This document shows, one piece after another, positions 14,001-27,170 of a stretch of 64,000 bases of DNA; the first letter of the stretch is position 1, and each line of letters starts with the position of its first letter. The translations under genes were made by a program, and so were the position numbers. The notes under the pieces are model-generated. The model worked only from the letters and a program-made list of their open reading frames with translations, was not told where the DNA came from and made no database searches. The stretch is from Paragordius varius (taxonomy: Eukaryota > Animalia > Nematomorpha): contig OZ176053.1 in the NCBI GenBank assembly GCA_964247055.1, positions 11,346,001-11,410,000 on the forward strand, given 5' to 3'.

Positions 14001-14603
14001 AATATTTTAATTATGTATTCTTTATATTATAAATAAATTTAATATAAATTAGGCATTAAACTTCGCCCCTATATACAGTGCATATCTGGGTCAGACAAAC
14101 ATATTCTAATGATTTTTTTACCTTGTTAGAAAATATGAGGATTCTTCTCATGTACTTTTAGTTTTAGGGCTGTCATTTAACATATTTTAGACTATATGCC
14201 ATGTATCAAAAAATCGCGATATCAGAGCGGATTGTTAAGTAATTTTTCTCAAATAAAGGGTTGAATCCAGAAACATTTGTTATTGTCAAAGCTCCGAATA
14301 CAGTTTAAAAAGCAAAACAAGAACAAGAAAAATATTTTATATATGCTACGTTATCGAAACCAGTTTTTTTTAAAAAAGTATTGATTATAAATTTAGTGAA
14401 GCTTAATATAGTATAATTAAAATATATATTACAAAAACGTACTAAAATATTATATAACACTTTTTCAACAAAATCGATGTCGCAAAAAAGTTCTATTACT
14501 TTAAAATTTAAAAAATGAACTTGATTTGTAAAATTTTATACTAAACATATTTACTAAAAAAAATAAATAAAATTTTGTGAACCAATTTTTAATCAGTCTA
14601 GAT

Positions 14604-16194
14604 CATGGCTTCTTAAACTTTTGTAGTTCCCGACCCCATTTATGATTGCGAGTTTTTAACGACCCCAACAACTATAAAAAAATAATAATTTCTTTGAAAT
14701 AACACTTAGAAATTTTGTTGATATTATCAGGATTATTTCGGTTTTGAGAGATTGACAAAAATAAATCTACATTTTTCATAAATTTCTATAACATTTTCTC
14801 ATTCATAGTTAATTTATGCAAGATACGGGCCTGTCACGCTTCGGTGTGGCGTAGTCTCATCGATAATTATTCTTAATTTGCAATAAATAGAGTTAATGGA
14901 GATAAAAAAATAATAATAAAAAATTTAATAAAAAGAATCTTTAATTATTCTTTTACGGGTTTTTGCATAGGCTGAAATATTGTTGACTCAAAATTGACCA
15001 TAATCTGTCCCTTATTAAAGTTAATATTCAACTATCATTGGATTTAATTTAAGATTTTCGTTTTACGAAATCATGGTTAAAAGTTCTAATTTTAAATTGT
15101 GTTCGTTTAGCTGGGATCAAGGGATATAAAATATAAATCATTTGTGGTCCTTTTATAAAGGAAAAAATAATATTATACAAATTCCCTAGAAATGTGTTTA
15201 ACTGAACTCGTATAGTTTCTTATTTTGAAAATCAGCTCTAAAACTACGCCTATTTTGTATGGCGTCTCAGTTTTAAACCGGTAGACCCCTACCCATAGAC
15301 CTATGTGGAAAATGCGCTCAGTTAAATTCTTTGCCTTTATAGGGCAAATATTTGGAATCATCTTTGATACCATCGTCTCATGGGTTATTCGAAAAAATAC
15401 CTCAACACTAAATAACCGTTATATGATGGCGTTTTAGGGCATAAAGGCCCCAAATTAACGGCTAATAAAAAAACCCGACCATAATTTTTACCTAGTTACG
15501 GGTAAGATTTCAAGCTTTTAATGAGCTCATATGGCTTCATAAACTTTCTGTAAATATTAGTAAAACGCAAGACTAAAATTTCCTTTTAACAAAGAATAAC
15601 TCAAATCCTCAGTGAGTTTTAACGGTCTCATACACTGGGCAAAAAATTTAGTTTTTTTAAAAAAATGGCATTTTACGGGGGGAACGGATAAAAAGAGAGC
15701 CTAAGTTAAAAAGGTAAGCCGACTAGGTTCGGCGCAATCGAAAAAAAGTAATAAAAATTATATTTGAAATCAAATGGTCCAAGACGTTTTCCGGAAAATT
15801 GTCTCATAGACACGGTTTTTTGGACTTCGGGGTGGGCCCGAACTGGTCGCCTAATTCAAAAAAAGGGCGGAGCTATTGTCAGGTCATTAGGATTATATTT
15901 TTTGACATTTGGATTTGAATGGGTCGATCGGTTTTCCGGAAACAGATTACAAAGCCCACATTTTCCATTTTTAGAAATATATAGATATAATGAACGGAAT
16001 AGAAATGCTGGTATAAACAGTCTTTCCGAACCAGAAGATTTTATATATTTATCTACGATGATTGTTATTTTTCTTTATAACAATAATTTTACGTTAAAAA
16101 ACATTTTTTGTTAAATTGTATTTTTATCACTCGCGACTATAATTTTGCTACGCGACCCCAAATGGGATCGCTACCTATAGTTTAAGAAGCACTT
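14604..16194. mobile_element. hAT-like non-autonomous element (~1.6 kb), family C copy 1
   Basis: TIRs CATGGCTTCTTAAACT / AGTTTAAGAAGCACT; alignable end to end with 29464-31103; no transposase motif seen; TSD not preserved. Confidence 0.8.
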
Positions 16195-17735
16195 TAAACG
16201 AAAATCGAATTGTGAATAAGTAGATTTAAATTGTGTTTCTAACATGCATGATAAATTATTGCAAATATCCGTTTATGCTTATATTTTAAGGATATACCTC
16301 GTTTTAACGGTTATCAAATATGGGTAATCGCTCAAACAAATAACCATTGTCTAGCCTTTTCTATATAATGTTATAAAAAACAGAATTTTTGTTTATTTCG
16401 CAAAAAAATAATTGAGATAAGGTGCTCGATTTTGCCATTTTTCTTGTAGTCAAAGGAATGTAGTAACAACTTTTATAATGGTTTTTTCGAAATTCAAATT
16501 TTAAGTGTTGAGATTGGTGGTTCATATACTATATTGTAAAACATATAATTCTTTTAACTCATAATTTAATAGCCTGATTGCAACACACCTCTCATATACA
16601 TATTCTGTTATATCAATGTCATCCTGACACTCTATTCAAAATAAAAAATGTACCCTCTTCCAAACATAGAAGTATCAAAAAAAGTTTGTGGGCAGGAATG
16701 CGCAAAATTACTCACGCCACGGCCATATTAAAAAAACAATGTTTATTAGTGTAAACTGATTGTTTAGTAAGTTTTAAAGCCAATCACGAGGGGGTCCTTA
16801 TAAAGAAACTACTATAAACATATTTCTAAACGCTTGGTCAAATAATAGCTGAAAAAATGTATTGGCAAGTGAATCTAAATAGGCATTCACAAGGTAATAA
16901 TATAGGTTTTAACAAGTGTACTCACCCAAAAAAAGCGGGTCTAGAAAAAAACACACCAAATATTTGGTAAAAAGAAGATTATATAATCAATCCTTGCAGC
17001 ATATATTCCTAAACAATGATATGGGATAGAATAAGAAATTTATCATCTATAATAAAAAGATGGTTGTGAGCTCTTTAAAACAAATTATAGTAAAATTTAG
17101 GGGGGATAATTGATTCATGAAATAAAATGTAAACTACAAATTCACAAAAAAAATTATGATCTTGAATATACGCCTTATGCTGAATCTTTGAGAGTAAAGG
17201 ATTAAATGTTTTATTTTACCTAGAATATGTCAAAATAAATTCCATTAATTTTTTAAACAACTCTCGGTTTTGTAAAACTTATTAAGCGATGTTTAATATG
17301 AATAATCAATCAAACTGTTTTTTGTTATAATTTGTTTATAATATTTGTCCAAACAAATATCATCATTATACATTAATATAACATTTAGTCAATAATACTG
17401 ACCTTATATAATCTGGAAATTATAATTATATATATATTTATTCATTTATTAATTTTTATTCAGCTCATAATTTCGTCTGAAGAGTTATATGGCCATTTAC
17501 TATCTCTGGATATTCAATATTTTTATAATTGGTAATTTTGTATAGTATACTTAAGTAAAATTACATTTTGAAATACATAATTTTTTTATAATCTATATCT
17601 CTCTTTATTAAGGTTGAATCTGCATTTAATAAAATATATGGGTTTATATCACTTTAACAGTCAACTAATATAGGCCAACAATGCCCATATATCATTAGAT
17701 AACTGCTCATTAATAAAGTGAATATCAAACTAATA

Positions 17736-18700
17736 TGGTTGTTGTTTTTGTTGTGGTTTGGTTAGATCATTCCGACTAACTGCAACATTAAAATATTTTC
17801 TCACTCATTGCGCATACCAGATATAGCGTCTGGTTTGGGGGATGTTTGGTTTGTTTCTTTGAGTATGTTATCCATTCAGCGAATTCTTAATCCTCTTTTA
17901 CGAGAACCCTTTACTTTTTCCAGCATTGGGGACTTTTTGAGTCCAAAATAGGAGAGTTTTTGGCGTATTAAGCTGCCAAGTAGAGACATTTCAGAATTAA
18001 TTTTGTTCAAAATAGTACAGTTTTTGTCTGACCATTTTGTATGGAGAAGTTTCCGCCAAACACATAGTTTGAAAAATATATTGATTGTTTGTCATATTTT
18101 CTCAATGTCCAGTTTTCATACCCATATAGTAAAGTCGAAAATACTGTTCCCTTGATTAATTTATTTGGTTTTTTATTTTATGTCACCCGACGACCAAATC
18201 CTATTATTTTGCATGTAACTGCTTTTGCGATGGCGATCTTCGTTTATTTCGGGGGTAGAGATGTCATTGTTTATAATATGTTTAAGGTTTAAATCTGGTT
18301 TTTTTGATGATTATTGAGTTAATTGTTTGAGCCGGGTTGATTTGTATTACTTTTGTTTTTTATAGTTAATTTTATCGCATTCAATTATAAAAAAGTGCAG
18401 AACTTGCGATAAGGTGACGATACAGTCCGAAAATATAACTGTGACATCTGCGTAATGAACGGATGTGAGCAAGTTACCCAGATGTTTGGCATATTTCTTA
18501 GTATGCATTCGAGATAGGCGTTTGGAATTGGGGATATAAAGCAACCTTGGTGTAATCCGACTTTCACCTTACATGAATCAGTTTTACCGTGAGTTTTAGA
18601 TACTACTGCCGTATTTAAATATATTGAGAATACGTTAATTAGATAGATGGTTTGATACTCCAAGTTGTTTTAGGGATAATTGTATCAAGGTGTATTAAAA
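17736..18700 (-). mobile_element. 5'-truncated, decayed RTE-clade (BovB-like) LINE
   Basis: Minus frames give LGVSNHL, KTHGKTDSCKVKVGLHQGCFISP, HYADVTVIF (YADD) and STLLYGYENWTLRK..VWRKLLHTKWSDK..QKLSYFG..EKVKGSRKRGLRIR*MDNI, the typical RTE C-terminus; ends in a (CAA)-rich tail near 17736-17760. Confidence 0.88.
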
Positions 18701-19082
18701 AGGGTGTAGCAGACCCACGTGGCCACTGTCCACAAAAGACGTCCCTTGCTGCCCTTCCATACACCAAATGGTGGTTAAATGACAGTTACCTAATTACGAT
18801 GAGGATGAGGTCACGTCTAAGGATATAATGATACGTTTTATATGTAGACATATAATTAATGATGAATTTGTGGTAAAGAAAAAAATAGTTGCTTAGTTAT
18901 AGGTTGTCTTAGGCAAATACAAGAAGTAACCTATTTGTATGATATCAAACTTAGCCTAATGCAAGAAATAATAAGAGTAAGTATTATATTCTAAAAAAAG
19001 TTATCACCCACATTAATTCAACTTGAGACCGAAATTGTTTTAAATATTTTATTCATACTTGCACTTCAAGAATGTCCGTGAA

Positions 19083-19528
19083 CACTTCAAGTTGGTCCTT
19101 TGACTTTTTTGTTTTGTTTTTAACTTTTATCCATCCTGTATATCATTCATCTATGTTATCGTTTTTAACCTATTTTCTATTATTTAACATAAATCTAATA
19201 TCAATAGCAACTTTTAATCATTCAGAAACCGTATATATTTATTAATTTCTCAAAATTATTATAGATATTTATAAGTTTTAACACGTATTAAAAAAAATAT
19301 AAGTTTTCTGGGTTATTATTTACAATTTTTTATTGAAAACATTTAAGAGTTAATAATTTGTTAAATTGGAAAAAAAATTTGATTGAAACAAAAAAGTGAT
19401 TTGAATAAAAATTTTTATTTTTAAGTGAATAAATATATAATAATTAAATTTGTTTAAAAATAATAAAATAAAAATATAAATACAAAAATTATGGTAAAAT
19501 ATTTAATTTTAAGGACCAACTTTAAGTG
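19083..19528. mobile_element. MITE with ~18-bp TIR, possibly piggyBac-like
   Basis: AACACTTCAAGTTGGTCCTT (19081-19100) and AAGGACCAACTTTAAGTGTT (19511-19530) are inverted with one mismatch; flanks TGAA/TTAT resemble a decayed TTAA. Confidence 0.6.
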
Positions 19529-20503
19529 TTATTGCAAATGGTATATATACTCTGAGTGTAGCCACAAACTTCAATTTTTTAACACCGTTATAAATAAGAG
19601 TTTAATTTGGGATTAAATATTTTTAGATGTCAAAAATCTTTATTTACGAAAAAAGTAAGATGTGTGGAATATAAATAACCAAATATTAGGTTTTTTTTAA
19701 CTTTTGGTTTTTGGTTTGTTCATATTAAAAGTTTATACCTTTTAAATTTTTTATGTAATTTAATACGATAATTGGGATACTTCATAGTTAGATAAATTTG
19801 TAATGATAAAATATAAAAATTATTTTGTTAAAATATATAACACCCAGATCTATAGTATTTATATGCAGTTTTGCAAATACTGCATTATTAAATTTGTATG
19901 CAATTGGGATAATATACAAAAATAAATATATAGCGTACCTTAGAAAAATTATTTTAAGTTTATTAGAATCCACAATAATTAAAGCAGAAAAATCTTTGAA
20001 ATGTATGTGGCAGTGTCAAAATAAATAAGATGTATAAAAATGGATGTTAAATACATGTTTATATATTCAGGATTCACTAACTGCCATTTACATACAAACC
20101 TATATCATTTAAAATGGTTTCTAAATTCTCTACAAGATGTTTTACAAAAATGGACACCCAAGCTATACACCACACATCATACACAGTTGGTATCGAAAGG
20201 TAAATCGAATAATATGTATTAAATATATTTTTAAATTTAATTTGATGATATCTATAACTAACTTACCATTAATTAAATTGTATAATTGAGTGTGGTAAAT
20301 TTTCAGTAATAGCTATTTTTAATGTGCCAATTATTACCGATCTACTTTTTGACGCCGCTGTTTTAAGCCCCACTCTTCATACTGGGGTTAGTATAAATAC
20401 CCAAGTCTCCATATTTAAATTTATGCTACTATCCTAACAAAAATTATACACAAGCCAAATTATTTTAAAAAATTTTAGTTTTGAAAAAAAAAATTCAAAT
20501 TAA

Positions 20504-21421
20504 CACTTGGATACAACACATTCATTTTAGTCCTTCGATTCAAATTGGCGTAGTTAAATACCCCAGGCCTGTTTAAAATTAAATTCTTTAAAAAATATGG
20601 AAGGAATCGGAACCATGGCAAAATTTTGCACTTATATAACATTAAGAACGAAATATATAAAAAAATTTATTCAAAAATACTTGATATTACTTATTTTAAG
20701 CTAAAACCGAAAGGTAAAAATTTAGTCAACGTGACATGTGTGCAATGGTAAAATTGAAAAATAATACAAAATAAACCGCTTTTTCTATTTCTATCAATGT
20801 TAGATGTAATTAAAAAATTAGCTTTAATTTTACCCTTAAATTAAATGAAGACGATATTTTTCAAAAATTTTATAAAATAAAAATGGCGTCGAAGTAGTTT
20901 GACATGGAACTTTTTTAAAAAACAAAATTTTATATAGATATTTTTGCATATTTATATAATTTCTATTAGGATAGAAGCATAAATTAAATTTGGACCGTTT
21001 CCTTTAGTAGTTTTTTTAAAATCCCCACTCAAATTTAGTCTGGGGTCAGATACCCCAATTTAAATGGAAGTGTTAAACTAATGTGACGTCATTTTATTTT
21101 AAAACCTTTTTTCAAAATATCATGTTTACTCTATCTAAATTATTTGAATTACATCTAACATTGATAGAAATAGAAAAAGTGGTTTATTTTATATTATTAA
21201 ATTTAGCAAATGTACACATGTCATGCTCACTAAATTTTTACCTTTGGGTTTAACCTTAAAATAAGTATCAAATATTTTTGAAGGAATTATTTCCAATAAT
21301 GTTGCAAACTTTTGCCATGGTTTCCATTCCTTCCATATATAAATTATTTCATTTTGAACAGGACTGGATTTAACAACCCCATTTAATCGAAGGACTGAAG
21401 TGAATGTGTTGTATCCAAGTG
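20504..21421. mobile_element. TTAA-flanked foldback element with ~300-bp arms (piggyBac-like), family D full copy
   Basis: TTAA-CACTTGGATACAACACATTCA...TGAATGTGTTGTATCCAAGTG-TTCA; arms ~20504-20821 and ~21140-21421 are alignable inverted copies. Confidence 0.85.
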
Positions 21422-21552
21422 TTCATGAGTTTGATAGGGAGGAGATTTAAATATTGGCATTATCTTTTACAAACAGGAATTTTGATGATTAAAAAATTTA
21501 ATACTTACAGTATTTTTAAATTTAGAATTGTTGTCGAAATTACATTTTATAG

Positions 21553-21702
21553 GTGAGAAGAAAAACGCTTGCACAAATGGCCACAGGCAATCGCCGATCG
21601 ATATCAATACAAGCAAGTTATTATATGACCCATATCTTAATTCTTTAAAACTTCGAATATCACCTGGTCTTCTGGTAAGATTGGAACATCATCAGGAAAC
21701 AG
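21553..21702 (+). CDS. Isolated alpha-carbonic anhydrase-like exon (alternative exon or partial paralog)
   Basis: AG acceptor 21551-21552; encodes GEKKNACTNGHRQSPIDINTSKLLYDPYLNSLKLRISPGLLVRLEHHQET; candidate donors at 21675 (GTAAGA) and 21703. No dedicated downstream HFHWG exon found before 23451. Confidence 0.7.
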
Positions 21703-23450
21703 GTTTTTATATCAATATAAAAATATATGTATAAAATCATTAAAGATACCTATCTAAATTATTATAAATTAAATTGTTTTAGCTATATATTAACAAAATT
21801 AAAATAAAATAGCTACCGCAAACACATTTTAATTAACAAAGATCAAATTTTTTATTGTCCGAAATATCGTGCTAGAATTACAGCTTATAGGGTATAAAAA
21901 ATCCAAAAATTTTCTTAGCCCCTCACATCTGGCCTCATGCGGGCTAGTTCCGTCATTAATGGGATAATCAAAACGTATCAGGTTTTCTTATATAATCTCA
22001 TATGCCCTAAATGTATTTTTGGTCAATAACAACACAGTTATTCTTGAAGTTTTTTGCATCTGTTATTTTCTCTGAAAATAATACAATATATATTGTGTAC
22101 CAAAAATTGCACCATATATGGCTATTTATTAATTCAGAATATACGTTAATCGGTGATTCTTATACAATCGATTTTTTAGCCAGGACAAATAAGCGTCGCT
22201 TTGTCTCGTTCTTTTCTTGATATTATGGTAAAAAAATATACCGCAATATCATGCGGGTTAGTAGTAATAGTGATTACATTCTAATTTTACTCTTATATTT
22301 TTTGAATTTATCAGGATTAACTGAATAACCATTTAATTAATTAGCATATTAATCCCAAACAAAATGTCAGGACCAAAATACATAGTGTGTGAAATTTTGG
22401 GTACACAAAGTCTATATTATTTTGGTCTTTCAATAAAAAGCACCACCAACTTTCAGAATCCAAAAATCTTGTGGTTCAGGTTTCAGAGCGATTCAAGGCC
22501 TAAAATCTATATTAAACCACCAGCTGTTTTTAAAGATTTTTAGTTAAATGTGATATAAATGCCATTCGTTTTTATTTAAAGCTCAATTTGCACATGGTTA
22601 CCATATATTAAAAACAAAAGCATGATCCATAAACGAAAAAAATTATTTTTAGCATATTTTCTTCTTGTGAAAGTAGCCAACAAGCCTAATACTAAAATCG
22701 ATCCCAAAATAAAACTATTACTTCTATGGTCAATATTGTATTTTCAATTTTTTAATCGCAATTTCGACGCACTCTTAATATTTGTTTTACATTTTTATAG
22801 GTTGATTGCTAGGTCCAAGGCAATCTGTCTTAAAATAATAACTTGACAAAATATGATATAATATATGTATAAATTTAAATAAATTTTAGCTAAAGAAATA
22901 ATATTTGAATACATATAAACTAAATATATATTATAGTATAACCTTAATCATATTTGATTGTTAAAGTTAATTTAAACATATAAGCCTTTTAATAATAAAG
23001 ATATCGACATAATAAATTTATTTAAATATCTCACGTATCTTTTAAATTTATTTGCAAAACTCACTTAAACATTATTACACAACTAATAAAAAAATAATAA
23101 TGCGTTTTGTCCCAACCTTGAATCGACTATTTAACTCAATCTACATAAAACACCTCATAATAATATATGATTTATTGACACTTTCATCTATTACATTGAA
23201 TGCAACTTATCAAAAATTATTACCATACTTGCAAAAAATGTACACTTATTATGACAAATCGGTCATATATAAACAAAATCATACATACACATCAACCTTT
23301 TTTTATAAATGTTACGGATATGTCCTTTCGTTAATCAGTTATGACAGTTTATTTAGAAAGAGTTGTATAGTATACCGAGATAATCGACAAAAATTAGATT
23401 TCAGAAGTCGTCCCAACAATCATACTCTATCACCTTTAACCAAAGCATTA

Positions 23451-26032
23451 ATGTTAATAATCGTCATGATTTGTTTTAGGATAAAAACCACAAAATGTTT
23501 ATATGTTAAAGTGGGGAACGAAAATATATTTAATGAGCGCTGGTCTTATCACGGTTTTTTAGGGCCTTCGGTTTGGCCCATACTGTTTCCAGATTTTTGT
23601 GATGGAACAACCCAATCCCCCATAAATATTGACACAGAACATGTTGTATACGACAAAAGTTTAACCGGTCTTAAAACTGTATTTGCTAAGATTGACGATG
23701 TAAAATTCAGTCTTGAAAATAATGGACATACAGGTTTTGGATAAGATGTTAATTATTAAAACTAACTATATTGGCATATAAAAAATTATTAATTTGTATC
23801 GTAAAAACAAAATATTATAATACATAGATAGGTCCTATAAAAAAATTATATCATTAAAATTTCTAGTTAAACTAAAATTTTTGGGCAAAGAAAATGAAGC
23901 ACCATCCATTAGCGGAGCCGGATTACCCGGCGTATATCGCACATCCGAAATCCATTTCCATTGGGGGAGTAGAAACTCTAAAGGCTCTGAGCACACCATA
24001 GACAAAAGATCATATCCGCTTGAAATGCACATTGTTAATGTCAAAGATATTTATTACCAAGGAAACGCATTTAATACATCTATGGCATTGAACGATCCAG
24101 AAGGTTTGGATTATATAGTGTAATTATGCAAGAACTCACTATTTTGTGACTGAATAAACCTAAGAGGCATATTAATTATTTTTGGGATGTTTTAATACTA
24201 ATTTAAAAATATCATTGGTTATTTATTCGGATGACATATTTGATAAATTGTATGTATCCTTTATATCGAGGTTTTTCGAAGTTAAACACTGTTCTTTTTT
24301 AAATTTAGTATTTGGCATCCATCGTAAATATGATGTCAAAGTTGTTAATTTTTTTTAAAAAATAATCGTATTTTTAATAAAATTCAGCGCTAAAAGATGC
24401 AAAAATATTTTATGAGTTGGGACCCGGTTGCCTTTGAACCATGGAAAATATTTTGCTTTGAAATAAAGTAATTTTTATTACTGTAAAAATTGAAAATATA
24501 CGGACTAAACGTAAAATAAAGATAAATATATTTTTTAAAGGACAAACATACTTTTTTAAACCTAAATTTTCTCCATAAAAACTATTTGATTACAATCGTA
24601 AAATATATTAATTGATTGTGTTACCTATATACATCTCTCTTTTATATTTTTCAATTTTAAATGATTTATATATAAAAAATCAAAATTTAAAAAGTATGGT
24701 TGTATTTCGAAAAATTTTGTCTTTATATTTTCACATTTTTCCGTACGATTTCAATTTTTACTGTAATTATTTTGGTTTAAATAACTAATGTTGTCAATAA
24801 TGAATATTTTGCTTTGTAAGAAATAATGTAGTCTATATTAAATAAATTTATTATTATACATAAAATACATTTTTAACTAAAAATAGAAAAGGGCCAAGGT
24901 ATAACGAAATCCCCATTCATACATATATATAAATCTAGAATTAGCCAGATGAACAAATATTGGAAAAAACGGTACCGCCATTTAATGGCGAATCCCCATA
25001 CAAATGATAATGATGATAATATTCTATCATTATCATTTGTATGATCCTTTTTATAATTATTTTTTTTTGAAAAAAGGGCTGGCTGTCTTAGGTGTGCTTT
25101 TTGAAACTGGAGCTTACAATAAGGGTTTTGCGGAAATAGCGAAAAGTTTAGATCTTATTCCATATCATGGAGATTCTGTAAATTTGCCACCAATTTTTCT
25201 CAGAAAATTACGCTCTTTCTTTCCACAAAACATACACGATTATTACAGGTAAATATTTTTTTCTTATATTATAACCAAATAAATACTAGCAATTTGTTTT
25301 GTTTTCAAATATATATTCAAGCAATGAAATGACTGATTATAAAAATTTCAAACTAAAGTTGGGAAGATACATATCTATCATGATTTGTAAGTTATGTTAA
25401 AAAATAAGTTATATCTGAAGTTTAGTAAACCAATTCTTGTCCTTATAAAGCATTATTAATATGTCCTTTGTCCTGCTTCCTCATAATAACGAGATCGTTT
25501 TCGGCTAAATAGAATGAAAAGGGACATTTTGTGAATCCTATTATTTATTAAAGCAATAATTTTTGATCATATATCTGGAACAGATATAACACAAAATTAA
25601 TATATAAAATGCAAATATTTTTCCTATAAACCTAAATGTTGAGAATTGGCTACCTACCACTTTTTGATTACAAATAAAATGACCCATTTAAAATATTACT
25701 CCTAAAATTTAACCGGATTATAAAATTTTTATTTTTTTATATATAGATATAAGGGCTCATTGACAACTCCAGATTGCAATGAGGCTGTTATTTGGACAGT
25801 TTTTGCAGAAACCGTTAAAATTTCTCAAGAACAAATGGATGCCCTACGCAAAGTAAAATCAACTAAAAAATTTGCCCATGCTCATGAAGATATGGTTGAT
25901 AATTTTCGACCACCTCAACCATTAAATAACAGAGTCGTAAGAACATCAATTAAACAAATGGCATATCCACCTCCACTCGATATAGATGAAAATCCGAAAA
26001 ATGCACCCGATAATGATTATCAGCAACCTTAA
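23451..26032 (+). CDS. Alpha-carbonic anhydrase, probably secreted and catalytically competent
   Basis: Exons 23451-23733, 23867-24103, 25077-25248, 25747-26032 splice in frame; motifs WSY, CDGTTQSPINI, NNGHT (His64), EIHFHWG (His94/96), GSEH, EMHIV (His119), YKGSLTTPDCNEAVIWTVF, DNFRPPQPLNNR. Start may instead come from an upstream exon using the AG at 23478-23479. Confidence 0.93.
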
Positions 26033-26058
26033 CAAGAACAAAATGAAATAAATATTTA

Positions 26059-26338
26059 TTATATCATATCTTCCAAAAACTGATATGTTTCAATTTTGTG
26101 CACGAATTCTTCTAAAAAATTATATATCTAACATACCAAGTTGCTTTTTTGTTAAATAATTTTTATTGGTATCTTTTGCGAAATCTTCAGTAATTTTTTT
26201 TACAAATAGTTCGGTTGCTTTTGTTATCAGGACTAAGCTCTCTCTACTTCCCTGGTTAAAATCTTGATCTAATTTCATAATATTTTTGCATTTGTTAAGG
26301 GGAATTTTATTTAAATTTTGTGGTTCACCGCTTATCAT
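26059..26338 (-). CDS. H2A-like histone-fold protein of the POLE4/CHRAC1 family (84 aa)
   Basis: Exons 26338-26137 and 26111-26059 give MISGEPQNLNKIPLNKCKNIMKLDQDFNQGSRESLVLITKATELFVKKIT..LTKKQL|EEFVHKIETYQFLEDMI*; the LP.....IMK, KATELFV and FLE motifs fit the family. Confidence 0.85.
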
Positions 26339-26548
26339 CTGTTAAAATTAACGTACATATAACATATGAGACATATAAATTATCTAAATATAAGCTAAAT
26401 CTAAATAAGCTTTTCTTGAGTAATAACCAAATATATATAAAATATATTATAGATATCTCAAATTTCTACAACATAATATTAAGTGTAAAATCGCTACTTT
26501 GCCAATAAACATTTCCCTCTAACACCTTTTCTACAAATAACATCCTGT

Positions 26549-27170
26549 AGAAATATATATATTATATATCAGAAATAAGATCCTTTTGGCTTTGTACGAG
26601 TATAATAAAAAAACACATTTATAGTCTCCATATCGAAAAATAGCAAAACTTGCGCGCATTTTTAAATAAATTTTATTTGGTGAAAGGTAAATGCTTCATT
26701 CCAACAACTACATATTAAAAGCCAACCAATATTTTAAAAAAAATTATTTAGATCTGGGTTCCGGAAGTTTCAAATTTTTCGCTCGTCTAAAATAGGTTAA
26801 CTCTCTTAAAATAAAGACAAAAATTCCGAGATTCGCGATAACTATTTTAATTAATACATATGCAAGCTTCGATTTCATAAAGAATGGGCACAAAAATTTA
26901 CAACCTAGTGTTATATTGCTTATTAATATACAAATATTTGAAAAGCCCGATTCGAAATTCTGAAAACTACATTATAATAAAATAATATATACACTGCATC
27001 CAAAATCGAGGGTGTAATAAAATAAACTGCTATATTCTGCTAGAAAAATGTATCAGGATTATAATGGTGCTCTTGGTTTTGGTCCTTAAGAGTGATTTAA
27101 AAAAAAGTTATTTACTTTTTGTGGTAAGTGCTTTTTTGGGGAAAGCTAGAGACTTTTTTCCAAAAAATAT
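26549..27170. mobile_element. Family B fragments (two left-arm pieces)
   Basis: (TA)n-ATCAGAAATAAGATCCTTTTGGCTTTGTACGAGT near 26560 and TGTATCAGGATTATAATGGTGCTCTTGGTTTTGG near 27048 match the family B arm. Confidence 0.55.

Noticed and set aside
15764-16114. 116-aa ORF and its 105-aa counterpart at 30674-30991 as a transposase or gene
   Set aside because: No catalytic motifs, non-ATG starts, and the copies differ by indels that change the reading.
23052-23450. N-terminal ~130 codons of the 230-aa ORF as part of carbonic anhydrase
   Set aside because: TTG start, AT-rich composition and no CA similarity before 23451; likely chance open frame.
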